DNA from: Candidatus Bathyarchaeota archaeon
GTDB lineage: Archaea > Thermoproteota > Bathyarchaeia > 40CM-2-53-6
NCBI GenBank assembly: GCA_963726255.1
Contig: CAVSBL010000002.1
Coordinates: 896,001-960,000 of the forward strand
Direction of reading: 5' to 3'
Length of the DNA: 64,000 nt
Positions 1 to 9,751 of the stretch are shown here, piece after piece. The notes under the pieces were generated by a model, which saw only the letters and a list, made by a program, of their open reading frames with translations, did not search any database and was not told where the DNA came from. Both the position numbers and the translations under genes were made by a program. Each line of letters opens with the position of its first letter. Position 1 is the stretch's first letter.

Positions 1-437
1 CCGGATAGTGAGTAGCGTCCTTGCTCTGCGATGAGCTTCCCCTCCTTCCTCAATTCGCTCACGTGCGCCCGGACAACGTTGTCCTTCACCGACTTCCAAC
101 TCGTACCCAGTAATTCCATCAGCTTAGCATCTTCGACGGGTGATGGGTTACTGCCGTACAGAATTAGGCCGATGGCTTCCTTCGCGGAAATCCGATCGAA
201 CGGTACCGTGAAATGCAATTTTCCATCCGGAGTTGTTTCAAGAATCCCCGCTAGCTCTTCCCCTGGAACGATGGAATCAACGGATTCGGCTGCGCCGCTC
301 TGCTGAGAGAGAGTTGATGCGGTTGGTTGGGATTGGAGGAGTTCCTCAAACTTGCCTTGAACATATTCAAAGTCCCCTTCCAATTCGACTTCAAAGTTGC
401 CACGCCGAATCTTGAACCTCAACCTGCGTTCTGACAC
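1..437 (-). CDS. hypothetical protein with probable C-terminal winged-helix domain (3' end outside window)
   Basis: Manually translated open frame from GTG at 437: MSERRLRFKIRRGNFEVELEGD...KDNVVRAHVSELRKEGKLIAEQGRYSLS; not in ORF track because it has no stop in the window. Confidence 0.7.
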   Translation of the reverse strand, partial: MSERRLRFKIRRGNFEVELEGDFEYVQGKFEELLQSQPTASTLSQQSGAAESVDSIVPGEELAGILETTPDGKLHFTVPFDRISAKEAIGLILYGSNPSPVEDAKLMELLGTSWKSVKDNVVRAHVSELRKEGKLIAEQGRYSLS

Positions 438-513
438 GAGCCACGCCTGAGGCTGGAGTGGCGGGGATGGGTATAAAAAAGGAAGGTGGAGGCAGGTTCT
501 GTTAAGACTTCGG

Positions 514-720
514 GTGATTTATGTCGGTGTTAAGCGTCGGGTGCTGGCTGGCGTGTTGAATGACGGTTACCCACTTGTTTTCTCCCTCGACTTGAATACC
601 CGCCTTCGGCAATTCGGACTAAGTGAAGGCGACCGACTAGAATGGAAGATGCGGGCTCAAGGTGGGGAGATAGTTATCTTTGTCAAGCCTCGTCAATCGA
701 ATCCATCAAAGCCGGAATGA
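514..720 (+). CDS. small AbrB/SpoVT-like DNA-binding protein (putative)
   Basis: 68 aa, LRQFGLSEGDRLEWK pattern resembles the AbrB swapped-hairpin; TATAAAAA upstream at ~472. Confidence 0.45.
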   Translation: MIYVGVKRRVLAGVLNDGYPLVFSLDLNTRLRQFGLSEGDRLEWKMRAQGGEIVIFVKPRQSNPSKPE

Positions 721-735
721 GAGGAGGTGAGTTGA

Positions 736-963
736 ATGGCAATTTCGTTACTTTATGATTTGATTGTTCGTGCAATCGTCATCATTGCTCTTACCGACAC
801 AATCATATTTTACCTGATATCGGTAAACCACGTGAAGATAACGAAGATACTGAAGCTGAAATTCGGCTATGGTGTACTGACGCTCTGTGTCATTGTTGTT
901 ACGCTGATACCGCTCATCATTAACATTTGGTTCGTCCTATGGAGATACGGCGTGCTGAAATAG
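736..963 (+). CDS. small membrane protein
   Basis: Two hydrophobic segments; strong SD GGAGGTGA upstream. Confidence 0.6.
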   Translation: MAISLLYDLIVRAIVIIALTDTIIFYLISVNHVKITKILKLKFGYGVLTLCVIVVTLIPLIINIWFVLWRYGVLK

Positions 964-1086
964 GCGCAAGACCCGATGCTTAACAGTGAAAACATCACCC
1001 GTCAACTTAACAGAACCTGGAGGCACGGATACGCTGCCTATTCCACTCGTCCCGAAATGCTTCCGAAAGAAAACTGGGGTGGCGAA

Positions 1087-1638
1087 TCAGAGCAATAGAA
1101 GGATACCGGCGATCACCGCAAGAACTGCGCCGATCACGAACCCTCCGCCAATCAAGAGACTAAAGAGCGCTGTTGGAAAGATGACGAACGCTGCCATTAC
1201 CCTGAAACCAAGCATCATCAAGACAAGCGCCCCTAGCAGTACCAACCCTAGCATGATGCCAAGAATGAAACCAATAGACCCGAGACTTGCGAGCCAAGGC
1301 AAGTAGCTCCCCCAAACCGCGAAGAAGGCGGGGGATAGAAGCGCAGCACCGTTTGTGAATATCAGCGCTGCTGCAATGCCGACCAGAAGGATGGGAAGCC
1401 ACTGTGACCTGAAGAAGCTTGGGAAGAACGGGCCGTACCATCCAGGTTGCGCTGCCCCGGGATATGCGCTCACCACAGTTGGGGCCATCTGCGGAGAAGG
1501 AATCACATGGTAACAGTTCGGACAAAGAGTGAGAGCACCGTACGGTTTACTGCACGACGCACATGTTCCGCGCCCACAACGACTACAGACTCCTACAGCA
1601 GGTAGGTTCGGATGGTAAAAACACGTGTACGAGCTCAT
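1087..1638 (-). CDS. B-box-type zinc-finger membrane protein
   Basis: N-terminal CxxH...CxxC...CxxC...CxxC followed by several TM segments. Confidence 0.75.
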   Translation of the reverse strand: MSSYTCFYHPNLPAVGVCSRCGRGTCASCSKPYGALTLCPNCYHVIPSPQMAPTVVSAYPGAAQPGWYGPFFPSFFRSQWLPILLVGIAAALIFTNGAALLSPAFFAVWGSYLPWLASLGSIGFILGIMLGLVLLGALVLMMLGFRVMAAFVIFPTALFSLLIGGGFVIGAVLAVIAGILLLL

Positions 1639-1861
1639 GGAACAAGCCTAGTTTCAATCTCCTGTACATTCCACATCGATTCTTGATTCTTCGACACAAT
1701 TTAGTGTCAATTTCAGTGCCACTCAACGGCCAAGAATTCAACCATCTCGAATAACTTTCCGCACAAGTCAAAAAGGCCCTAGGAGGCGCGTGATGAGTCT
1801 AAAGTAACCCGTAAATAATCGCCGAGCCGCGATTCACTGAAATTTCGCTGGTGGTGACTTC

Positions 1862-2065
1862 ATGGATAAAGCGCTTGTCTTAGCAGGAGTTTTCTTGAGT
1901 CTGGGTGGTCTTACAGGGCTGATTTACGGCGCCGGCATCAACCTACAGGGAATGATGGCACGAGGGGCCACGGACTACTCGTTCATAACGACATACATTA
2001 CAGAATGGACTTTCGTCCTGATCGCAGGCCTAGCCCTATGTGCATCAGGCCTTCGGCGCAAGTAG
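1862..2065 (+). CDS. small two-TM membrane protein
   Basis: Hydrophobic 67 aa ORF, GGTGA SD. Confidence 0.55.
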   Translation: MDKALVLAGVFLSLGGLTGLIYGAGINLQGMMARGATDYSFITTYITEWTFVLIAGLALCASGLRRK

Positions 2066-2521
2066 TGCGAACAGATCCGAGGAGACATTGAACACGCTCC
2101 TTGAATCGTCTGGACGATAATCAATTAGTGGCGAAGGGTTTCCTGAAGGCATACAAAACCCAGACGATAAGGCTTCCATAGAGGAGAAGCGTAATCTGTG
2201 CGGAGTGCTGTACGAGGAGCCCAGTGAAACCCAACTTTCATCGTTGCGGGGTTCGGGGCGTAGTTTGATAGGTAGTTCGCATATAGAGAATTTAGAGTAA
2301 TGAAAACATGTCGTTTGACCCCCCAAGAATGGCTGCCAGCGCACGCTTGCGGAGGTGGGTAGGGGAATGGTGCAGTCTCCTGGGTCAAACGAGCTTGATT
2401 TTGCGGCTCGCGCTCATGCCCGGTCAATCATGCGTAATCAGTTTGTCATGTAGTGGTGCGACCATTGTGGCTCACTACCATTCCAAACAAAGACCCTTCC
2501 GAAAATATAGCGTAGCTTCAC

Positions 2522-2552
2522 TGTGTGTGCGCACCACTATAGCCACATAGAG
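2522..2552 (+). repeat. dispersed ~27-bp repeat, copy A
   Basis: TGTGTGTGCGCACCACTATAGCCACATAGAG aligns ungapped to copies at 3556, 17254(-), 27274, 28202. Confidence 0.7.
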
Positions 2553-2581
2553 TAGTATCCGAACCTCCCGCCTTTCGGTCA

Positions 2582-3445
2582 TCAGTCTCGAAGGAATTCT
2601 CTGAGTGTCTTCAGGTAGTTTTCCTTCTCATCCCACATTGTGAGGTGCCCGCTATTCTCAAAGACTACAAGCTTTGAGCCAGCAATTCCTCTGTGGATGG
2701 TTTCCGCGACTTTCGGGGTGACTTCATCGTACTTGCCCACCGTCACCAATGTTGGGACCTTGATCTCCCGCAGCCGAGCGGTGATATCCCAGTCTTTCAG
2801 GTTCCCAACGATCGTGAATTCGTTAGGTCCATTCATCGTCCAATAAACTGGTATGCTCATATCATCGAATGCCCGTTTAACTTCGTCAGGCCAGTCTGGT
2901 AATCTGCAAACGAAGTTTCTGTAGAAAACCTCAACAGCCTTTAGGTATTCAGGGTGCAAAAAGGCGTAGCGCGCCTCATACTTGACGAGTGTGTCTCGAA
3001 CATCTCTCGGCAGTGTCGCTTTGAGCCGGTTCATTTCCGCAATTGTCTCTGGGATACTCGCCATGCCGCCTGCGATAATGAGTTTCTTAATGTTGGTCTG
3101 ATACCTCAACGCATACTGTAGTGCCAGCGCCCCACCGTAAGAACTGCCGAAGAGATTGACTTTGCCGAGGTTCATAGCCTTCCGAAAACCTTCGACCTCT
3201 TCGGCGCCATGCTCGATCGTGAAGAGGGATGTGTCCTTTGGCTTCTCCGACGCTCCGACGCCTAACTGATCATACATGACTACCTTGAGCTTGTCATCTC
3301 CGAGTTCACCCAGCGACAAGAGATATTGGTGGGTTGCTCCTGGGCCGCCATGCAAGCAAAGCAGAATCTCCTCTCCAGTTCCGAAAATCTTGTAGAACAA
3401 CCTGAACCCTCTTACTTCGACAAACCCGCTCTGCGGAGAAGTCAT
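2582..3445 (-). CDS. pip: proline iminopeptidase family (tricorn-interacting F1-like) alpha/beta hydrolase
   Basis: HGGPG, YDQLG, GSSYGG nucleophile, MNGPNEF motif. Confidence 0.9.
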   Translation of the reverse strand: MTSPQSGFVEVRGFRLFYKIFGTGEEILLCLHGGPGATHQYLLSLGELGDDKLKVVMYDQLGVGASEKPKDTSLFTIEHGAEEVEGFRKAMNLGKVNLFGSSYGGALALQYALRYQTNIKKLIIAGGMASIPETIAEMNRLKATLPRDVRDTLVKYEARYAFLHPEYLKAVEVFYRNFVCRLPDWPDEVKRAFDDMSIPVYWTMNGPNEFTIVGNLKDWDITARLREIKVPTLVTVGKYDEVTPKVAETIHRGIAGSKLVVFENSGHLTMWDEKENYLKTLREFLRD

Positions 3446-3546
3446 GACCAGATCCTTGGATTATCTGGCACTTACATCTCTAAGTTAGCTGTTTTGGCGA
3501 TGTCAACCGTATCTGCGTCTCAGACAGATGCTGCGTAAGGTAGCAG

Positions 3547-3587
3547 TTCTGGTTATGTGCGCACCATTAGACCCACACACACCAGAA
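3547..3587 (+). repeat. dispersed repeat, copy B (imperfect inverted repeat)
   Basis: TTCTGGTTATGTGCGCACCATTAGACCCACACACACCAGAA; TTCTGGT/ACCAGAA outer arms. Confidence 0.8.
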
Positions 3588-3898
3588 TTCCGGATTCTCA
3601 AAGAATCATGGTCTGGGTCACGAAAATGGAGGTCGGCTCAAGGTTTGCCCAAACTAGAAATCGAGAAGGCTGAGGAACTTATCACTTGGAACACGTTCAC
3701 TCCACTATTAAGGCTGGACAAAGAGGCCAGTGAATTTCACCACCCAAGTCAACAGAACCGTCTTTCTTGAGGTCCAGCGAGGCTGATTCTAGCGCTGATT
3801 CTTCGTCATGTGAGTAACAGATGGGCACCGAGCAGGGCGATATTCGCAATGTCTTTCAATACCCAAACCTTAGCGCGTTTAGCTAGAGTGTTCCGATT

Positions 3899-4423
3899 AT
3901 GCCAACCCCACTACCTGACGTTCAGATTCCTAGCGAGGTTCCCATCGCTATGCATTCCTTCTCTAATTACTTCAAGGGTTTCGAGAAAATTCCGGCTGTC
4001 AGGGAGATTTTCGGGCCGGAGACTGAGAAGGTTCTCTCCGAGCTTAGGGTCGAGTTCTTCAGCTCCAAGTTCGGGTACATGGGAGTCAGCGATGAAGACG
4101 GCCACCTAATCGTCAGCGCGTATTACCTGCGCAATGGCGACCCAGTAAGCAAGTACCTGGACGTGGTCCACGAGCTTGTGCACGTTCGACAGTTCAGGGA
4201 AGGGAAGCCGCTGTTTGATGAGAACTTCGAATACCATGACCGGCCGACGGAGCTTGAAGCCTACAAACATTCGTTAGGGGAAGCCCGCAGGCTCGGCATG
4301 TCCGATGCGCAGATCTTCGAATACCTGAAGGTGGATTGGCTAGACGAGGACGAGGTCCGAAAGCTCGCCCGAAACCTCGGCGTAACCCCGCCAAAACGAA
4401 CCCGCGGGGAACGCGTACGGTAA
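3899..4423 (+). CDS. hypothetical protein with HExxH zincin-like motif
   Basis: VVHELVHVRQ...PTELEAY. Confidence 0.7.
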   Translation: MPTPLPDVQIPSEVPIAMHSFSNYFKGFEKIPAVREIFGPETEKVLSELRVEFFSSKFGYMGVSDEDGHLIVSAYYLRNGDPVSKYLDVVHELVHVRQFREGKPLFDENFEYHDRPTELEAYKHSLGEARRLGMSDAQIFEYLKVDWLDEDEVRKLARNLGVTPPKRTRGERVR

Positions 4424-4544
4424 TGGCAAGGCACTCGAATGTTGAAGTGATCATTCGGGCGGTGTCTGTTTGAACACCAGTTCGATTGGGATATCTTTTC
4501 GTTTCGCGTTAAAGTAGTCTACAGCGTAGATTGCTTCAGGCTTC

Positions 4545-5006
4545 TTGGAAGGGTTGAGGAAAATTTGTGATGAACATGGTTGCCTGCTGATTTTTGATGA
4601 GGTCAAGACGTGCGGCAAATTCTACGGCGGAGCCGAGGACGCTTTCCATGTGAAACCGGACCTCAAAGTGATGGGTAAAGCCGTAGCCGGCGGGTTACCT
4701 CTCTCGGTATTGGCAGGAAAGAAATCCATCATGGAACAGATCATGCCCGGCCAAGTTGCGCATGCGGGGACGTTCAATGCGAACTGGCGTGATTTTCTCG
4801 AGGTAGATTTCGGTAAATGGTACACGATGTATGCTGCAATGCTCAACCGCGGCATCATCCCAATGGGCACGGGCCCTGATGAGCAATGGACAATTTCAGT
4901 CCAACATTCGAAGGAAGATGTAGAAAAGTATCTCGAAGCGTTCAAAGAAGTCGCTAAGGAAATCAGCCAACCCTCACAGGCGGTCCCGCTGGTCGAAGCA
5001 CTTTAG
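4545..5006 (+). pseudogene. class-III aminotransferase (GSA-aminomutase-like) fragment, 5'-truncated and internally deleted
   Basis: LLIFDEVKT, MGKAVAGGLP, HAGTFNAN then jumps directly to the C-terminal segment; N-terminal half absent. Confidence 0.75.
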
Positions 5007-5025
5007 CACCGGTATGGCGCCGCAC

Positions 5026-5823
5026 TCAACTTTCTATCTTATCGACGCGAGAGTCGACAACTTCCTTGTCTTGCTCGGGCAATTCGTACCACTGAGCTTT
5101 TTCCCCCACTGTTGCCCTGGCCTTCCAGCGAAGCGATTTTGGCACGCGTTCTATACGATTCCTGATGTCTTCAAGCCGCTTCTGCACGAGGGCCACCGAC
5201 TCTTGCTCTAGTTCGTATTTGGGCAAGGCGCTAAGGATTTTGTCCAGGTTGATCGTGAAGGTCTTGTAAATCCCCCAGTCGTCGCTGCAAAGTGCCGCGA
5301 GGTAAGCTCCGTTGATTGTCTCAGGCTTGTCAGAATCAGCTATTTCGTGGTCTTTAACCAGCGCTATGACGTCCCTGTACTCCCTCTCGGTTATCTCGAC
5401 CACCTGGAGTTTTGTAGCGAGTAGATCGGCTAACGGTATTGTGGGATTGTCAAGAGTCAGCCGATTCTTGAAATCGAATTTGTGACACATTTCGAAAGTG
5501 TCTAAGAAGATGTCGACCCGCCGAGCGTTCTCAATGTCGTTGAATATCAGACGCTTGTCCCCTTGGAGAGCGTTGAACCTGTCCCGAGGAATATATCCGA
5601 GTTCCGCGAAAAGCTTCTTTATGTCACGCGTTTGCTTCCGGAGAGCCATGAAGTCTATGTCGACGTATTTTCTTCCGAGCGATCTGTGAGTGGCGCTCGG
5701 GCAGTGAAATCGTATAGCCAAGCCGCCGAACAGCCTAAGCATTACGTCATTCTTAACCGCGGCATCTAGAACGCGTTGCGTCTCTTGTACGATGTCGGGA
5801 AGTGGCGTATGCCATTCACCCAA
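5026..5823 (-). CDS. uncharacterised nucleotidyltransferase-fold protein (paralog of 25010..25795)
   Basis: FGGLAIRFHC...YVDIDF (GG + DxD), RVDIFLD, LLATKLQVV. Confidence 0.75.
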   Translation of the reverse strand: MGEWHTPLPDIVQETQRVLDAAVKNDVMLRLFGGLAIRFHCPSATHRSLGRKYVDIDFMALRKQTRDIKKLFAELGYIPRDRFNALQGDKRLIFNDIENARRVDIFLDTFEMCHKFDFKNRLTLDNPTIPLADLLATKLQVVEITEREYRDVIALVKDHEIADSDKPETINGAYLAALCSDDWGIYKTFTINLDKILSALPKYELEQESVALVQKRLEDIRNRIERVPKSLRWKARATVGEKAQWYELPEQDKEVVDSRVDKIES

Positions 5824-5907
5824 TCTCTGCAGTGAGGACGGTTTGTATATACGATTGCGGGCCGGTCAAAATTGCTTCGGTTACAGATGCGCAGGTTTCT
5901 GTCCGGG

Positions 5908-6246
5908 TCATGGCGCATAACCATCTAGTATCGGTGTGACTTTCTTTTGCAGCTCTTCAATTAGCTCGGGGTCGTCGCGGTAGTATCGGTCGCGTATGCC
6001 TAGGATTCTTAGTTTGTTCGGGTCACACTTGAAATGGGTGTTAACGTAGTAGGCGTGGACTGGCTCCATCACTAGGACCAAGTCCGCCCACTCGATAAGT
6101 TCCTGAGTAAGAAGCGTCCCTTCCGGGTCGGGCATGACTCCGGCAGATTTCGCCTCCCAGCGGTCATGCCAACCTTGGAAGAGGTTTTCGGCGGTTGGGC
6201 TGCGTTGAATATTTGCCGTGCAAACAAACAGAACGTGGTGTTTCAA
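5908..6246 (-). CDS. low-molecular-weight protein tyrosine phosphatase family
   Basis: LFVCTANIQRSPTAE P-loop, WADLVLVME. Confidence 0.85.
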   Translation of the reverse strand: MKHHVLFVCTANIQRSPTAENLFQGWHDRWEAKSAGVMPDPEGTLLTQELIEWADLVLVMEPVHAYYVNTHFKCDPNKLRILGIRDRYYRDDPELIEELQKKVTPILDGYAP

Positions 6247-6413
6247 GTTGGGTGCGACCTGTATCTTACCCTGTCCAGATAGGCGTCCGCCACGGCTCTA
6301 ATGTTCGCTTTGGTGGAAATGTGGAACTTTCTCCCTTTTAGACTTCTTCTCCAAGCCCCGTTAAATACCTAGACGGTTAATCTACTGCTGTTGATGTGTG
6401 GAGGTGAGTTGAG

Positions 6414-6500
6414 ATGGCGAAGAAACGCAAGGTCAAGATGAAGCTTGCTGAGAGTGGTCACGTTAAAACTGAGACCGGTCAAACCGAATACGTAGCATAA
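6414..6500 (+). CDS. 28-aa basic micro-protein (putative)
   Basis: MAKKRKVKMKLAESGHVKTETGQTEYVA*, SD GGAGGTGA, TTAAATA at 6361, GC hairpin plus T-run downstream. Confidence 0.5.
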   Translation: MAKKRKVKMKLAESGHVKTETGQTEYVA

Positions 6501-6711
6501 GAGCCCTATCGATGGCTGGGGCTGTTGCCCCGGTTTTTCACTTCCTTCTTGTTAGTTTCCGGCTTACTTCTAGACGGAGATGGTGTCCCCTACTCCCAGA
6601 AGATGGGGTCGAGGAGACCCTTCCTTTTGGGATGTGGTTATTCATGTGCGAATGTATAGGGCAGCATCCACATTCAGTTGTTGGGTGGACCCCACCCAAT
6701 GGGAGGCGTGT

Positions 6712-7933
6712 TTAGGCGTAGGCTTCTTCGCCGTGCTGGCTCATGTCGAGGCCAGTGTCCTCTTCCCTGGGGCTTACCCTGATGGGCGAGAAGATATTGA
6801 TCACCCTCAGCAGCACGTATGAGCCTACGAATGCGAAACCCGCCACGATTACGATTCCAAAGAGTTGCACGAGGACTTGATACGAGTTTCCGTAGAACAA
6901 GCCGTTTGGCCCAGCCGCATTTATGGCCGTGGATGCGAAGAGGCCGGTTGCAAAGGTTCCCAACATTCCACCGGCGCCGTGACAAGCGAACACGTCAAGT
7001 GAATCATCAAGCGTAGTCCTAGCGCGCCAGCCCGCCACGAAATTGCATACGATTCCGGCAGCGAGGCCGATGATTATCGAAGGCATGGGACCAACGTAGC
7101 CTGAGGCCGGGGTAATCGTTGCCAGGGCGCATACGGCTCCAACAGAGATCCCTACAGCGGATGGCTTTCCCTTCCGCAACCATTCCGTGAACATCCAACC
7201 CACGGCGCCCCGCGGCTGCCGCTAGGTTCGTCACCACTAACGCGTTAACGGCGACGTTGTCCGCGGCGAGGGCACTCCCGGCGTTGAAGCCGAACCAGCC
7301 AAACCAGAGAATGGCTGCACCGAGAATCACGTATGGAATGTTGTTCGGCCGTTCATTTCTCCTTACTCCTCTCCTCCTGCCGATGACGAGGGCGGCAGCT
7401 GCGGCGGAAACACCAGCAGCCGTATGCACGACCAGTCCTCCGGCAAAGTCCACCACTCCCATCGCTCGCAGGAACCCACCAACGGCCCAGACCCAGTGCG
7501 CGATTGGGGCATAGATGAGAGTGACCCAGAGAACTACGAAAATCAGTAACGACTTAAATCGGATTCTTTCGGCGAAGGCTCCAATGATGAGCGCTGGGGT
7601 TATGGCTGCGAATTTTAGTTGGAAGGCAAAGTACAGCAGTTCCGGGATGGCTGAAGAGTAGCCAGGATTAGGTGCGTATCCAACATTATTCAAGCCTAGG
7701 TCGGCTAAGTTGCCGATAATACCTCCAACAGATGCGCCGCCCAAGGCGAGGGTGTACCCCCAGAGAGCCCACACGAGGCTGATTACTGCGAAAATTGCAA
7801 GACACTGCACAATCGTGGAGACGAGGTTCTTGAGCCTGACGAGCCCGCCGTAGAAGAAGCCCAAGGCAGGAGTCATTATCATTACTAAGGCGGTGGCAGT
7901 CATAACCCACGCAATGTCACCTGAGTTGAACAT
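6712..7933 (-). CDS. amt: ammonium transporter (one apparent frameshift at ~7210)
   Basis: GDIAWVMTATALV, DFAGGLVVH, LWFGWFGFNAGS, DDSLDVFACHG; removing one base from CCCC at 7208-7211 joins the two ORFs. Confidence 0.9.
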
Positions 7934-8150
7934 GTTTGGAGCACCGAGTTGGAGCGTCGGGTTACCGGGATGGTTGTATATTTGGTTAACCATTCCAATA
8001 GTAATTATTCTAAATTGCATCCTGTTCAGCAAATTACTTGCATACTTCTATGCGGCCCAACTCAATAATCATTGGGCAGACCATCTTGGTGGGCCCGGCT
8101 TACACGTGTATAACAACTGCTAGACATCATTTTCTGAGGCTGCGCTATGC

Positions 8151-8669
8151 TTAGGGGGCTGTCTGGCCGGCGAAGGCGCCTTCATATTTGGTTGCTCCGC
8201 GTGCTTCTTCGATGATTACTTGGCATATGGCGGTGCCAGGGTGCAGCGCCAAGGGTAGCGGCGAGACATTCAGAATCTCCAGGACCACTTTACCTGTGCT
8301 GCCGGGTTGAATGAAACCGCTGCTTAGGTGGATTAGGAGGCCTAGGCGTGCGAATCGGGAGCGCCCCTCGATTCGGCCGCTCAGGGTCGATGGTAGGGTG
8401 AGGGTTTCCTCCGTTATGCCTTGCACAAGTTCGTTCGGCATGATGAGGAAGGAACTATTCCGCTCAACCTTCACGGCCCTAGTGAGCTGCTTGTAATCCG
8501 CATCCTCACGAACATGGAAAACATCACGAGTCTTCTCGAAGACGCGAAAATTGTCGCCAAGGTGAAGGTCAATCGAAGCAGGGCCAATCTGCGATTCCCT
8601 AAAGGGTTCAATTCTCATCGACCCATCCCTGATGAGTTTTAGAAGCTCATCCTTCCCCATAGTTGCCAT
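8151..8669 (-). CDS. dcd: dCTP deaminase
   Basis: PASIDLHLG, GRSRFARLG, IQPG...VLEI. Confidence 0.85.
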   Translation of the reverse strand: MATMGKDELLKLIRDGSMRIEPFRESQIGPASIDLHLGDNFRVFEKTRDVFHVREDADYKQLTRAVKVERNSSFLIMPNELVQGITEETLTLPSTLSGRIEGRSRFARLGLLIHLSSGFIQPGSTGKVVLEILNVSPLPLALHPGTAICQVIIEEARGATKYEGAFAGQTAP

Positions 8670-8722
8670 TTCTGCTCACGATAACTAGGTCAGGATGATC
8701 GTTAAAAGCTGGGACAACAGGC

Positions 8723-9679
8723 TTGACGCGGGGCATTGCAAAAGGCATGCTGGAGACGAAACAAGAATACCGTTCAATGGAATCCGTGACCCCAGCTGAG
8801 TACGCGCAGTTTGCTAAGAGAAATAAGAAGATCCAGATCGAGGAAAACGAGGTTCAAATTGGCAAGCCTTGGAGCATATCAAGCTTTGGCCCGCCTAAGG
8901 ATTACGCATACGAGACAGAAACCGTCTGGAGCTTTCCCGACCGCGGTAGCTGGGCTACGCACGTCGGAAACTACCGTGGCAACTGGTCACCATATATTCC
9001 TAGAAACCTAATTCAGAGGTTTACAGAGGTCGGAGATGTAGTACTGGACCAGATGTGCGGTAGCGGTACGACTCTCGTCGAATGCAAGCTTCTGGGCAGA
9101 AACGCAATTGGCGTTGATATCAACCGCGACGCAATAATGGTTGCATTGGACAGGTTGAACTTTTCTTTCGAAACCCTTGACGCCAAATATCCTAGTATTT
9201 CAATTGATACCTATGTCGGCGATGCAAGGAGATTGAATGCTCTACACGATCAATCTATCGATCTGATCGCAACACATCCCCCATACGCATACATAATTCC
9301 GTATGCTCCCCGCATCGAGGGAGACATTTCGGCACTAAGAAAACTGAGCGACTTCCTTAAAGCAGTCCGAGAGGTCGCAGATGAATCCTACCGAGTCCTA
9401 AAACCCGGAAAACACTGTGCGATTTTGATTGGCGATACTAGAAAACACAAGCACTACATTCCTATTTCGTACCGCGTTCTCCAACAGTTCCTCGACTCAG
9501 GATTCGTCCTCAGAGAAGACATAATCAAACGCCAATGGAAGACGAAGACCACGCGAGAGCGGTGGCGGAGTTCGAAATTAGATTTCTACAAAATCGCCCA
9601 CGAACACCTCTATGTTTTCCGAAAACCAGCCTCTGATGAAGAGAGACGGAATTTGAAATTGAGTTCGAAATGGTGGTAG
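8723..9679 (+). CDS. amino (N4/N6) DNA methyltransferase
   Basis: VLDQMCGSGTT (motif I), ATHPPY (motif IV), RVLKPG. Confidence 0.85.
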   Translation: MTRGIAKGMLETKQEYRSMESVTPAEYAQFAKRNKKIQIEENEVQIGKPWSISSFGPPKDYAYETETVWSFPDRGSWATHVGNYRGNWSPYIPRNLIQRFTEVGDVVLDQMCGSGTTLVECKLLGRNAIGVDINRDAIMVALDRLNFSFETLDAKYPSISIDTYVGDARRLNALHDQSIDLIATHPPYAYIIPYAPRIEGDISALRKLSDFLKAVREVADESYRVLKPGKHCAILIGDTRKHKHYIPISYRVLQQFLDSGFVLREDIIKRQWKTKTTRERWRSSKLDFYKIAHEHLYVFRKPASDEERRNLKLSSKWW

Positions 9680-9751
9680 GAGATGAGCAAGAGGCATAGC
9701 CAGTTTGAATCACCCAGATAGAGCGCGGGCAGAACATAGCTTGCTTGGAAT

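Noticed and set aside
1790-1840. Possible C/D box sRNA (GTGATGA...CTGA, 51 nt)
   Set aside because: No convincing D'/C' boxes, it overlaps the likely promoter of the next gene, and the target cannot be verified
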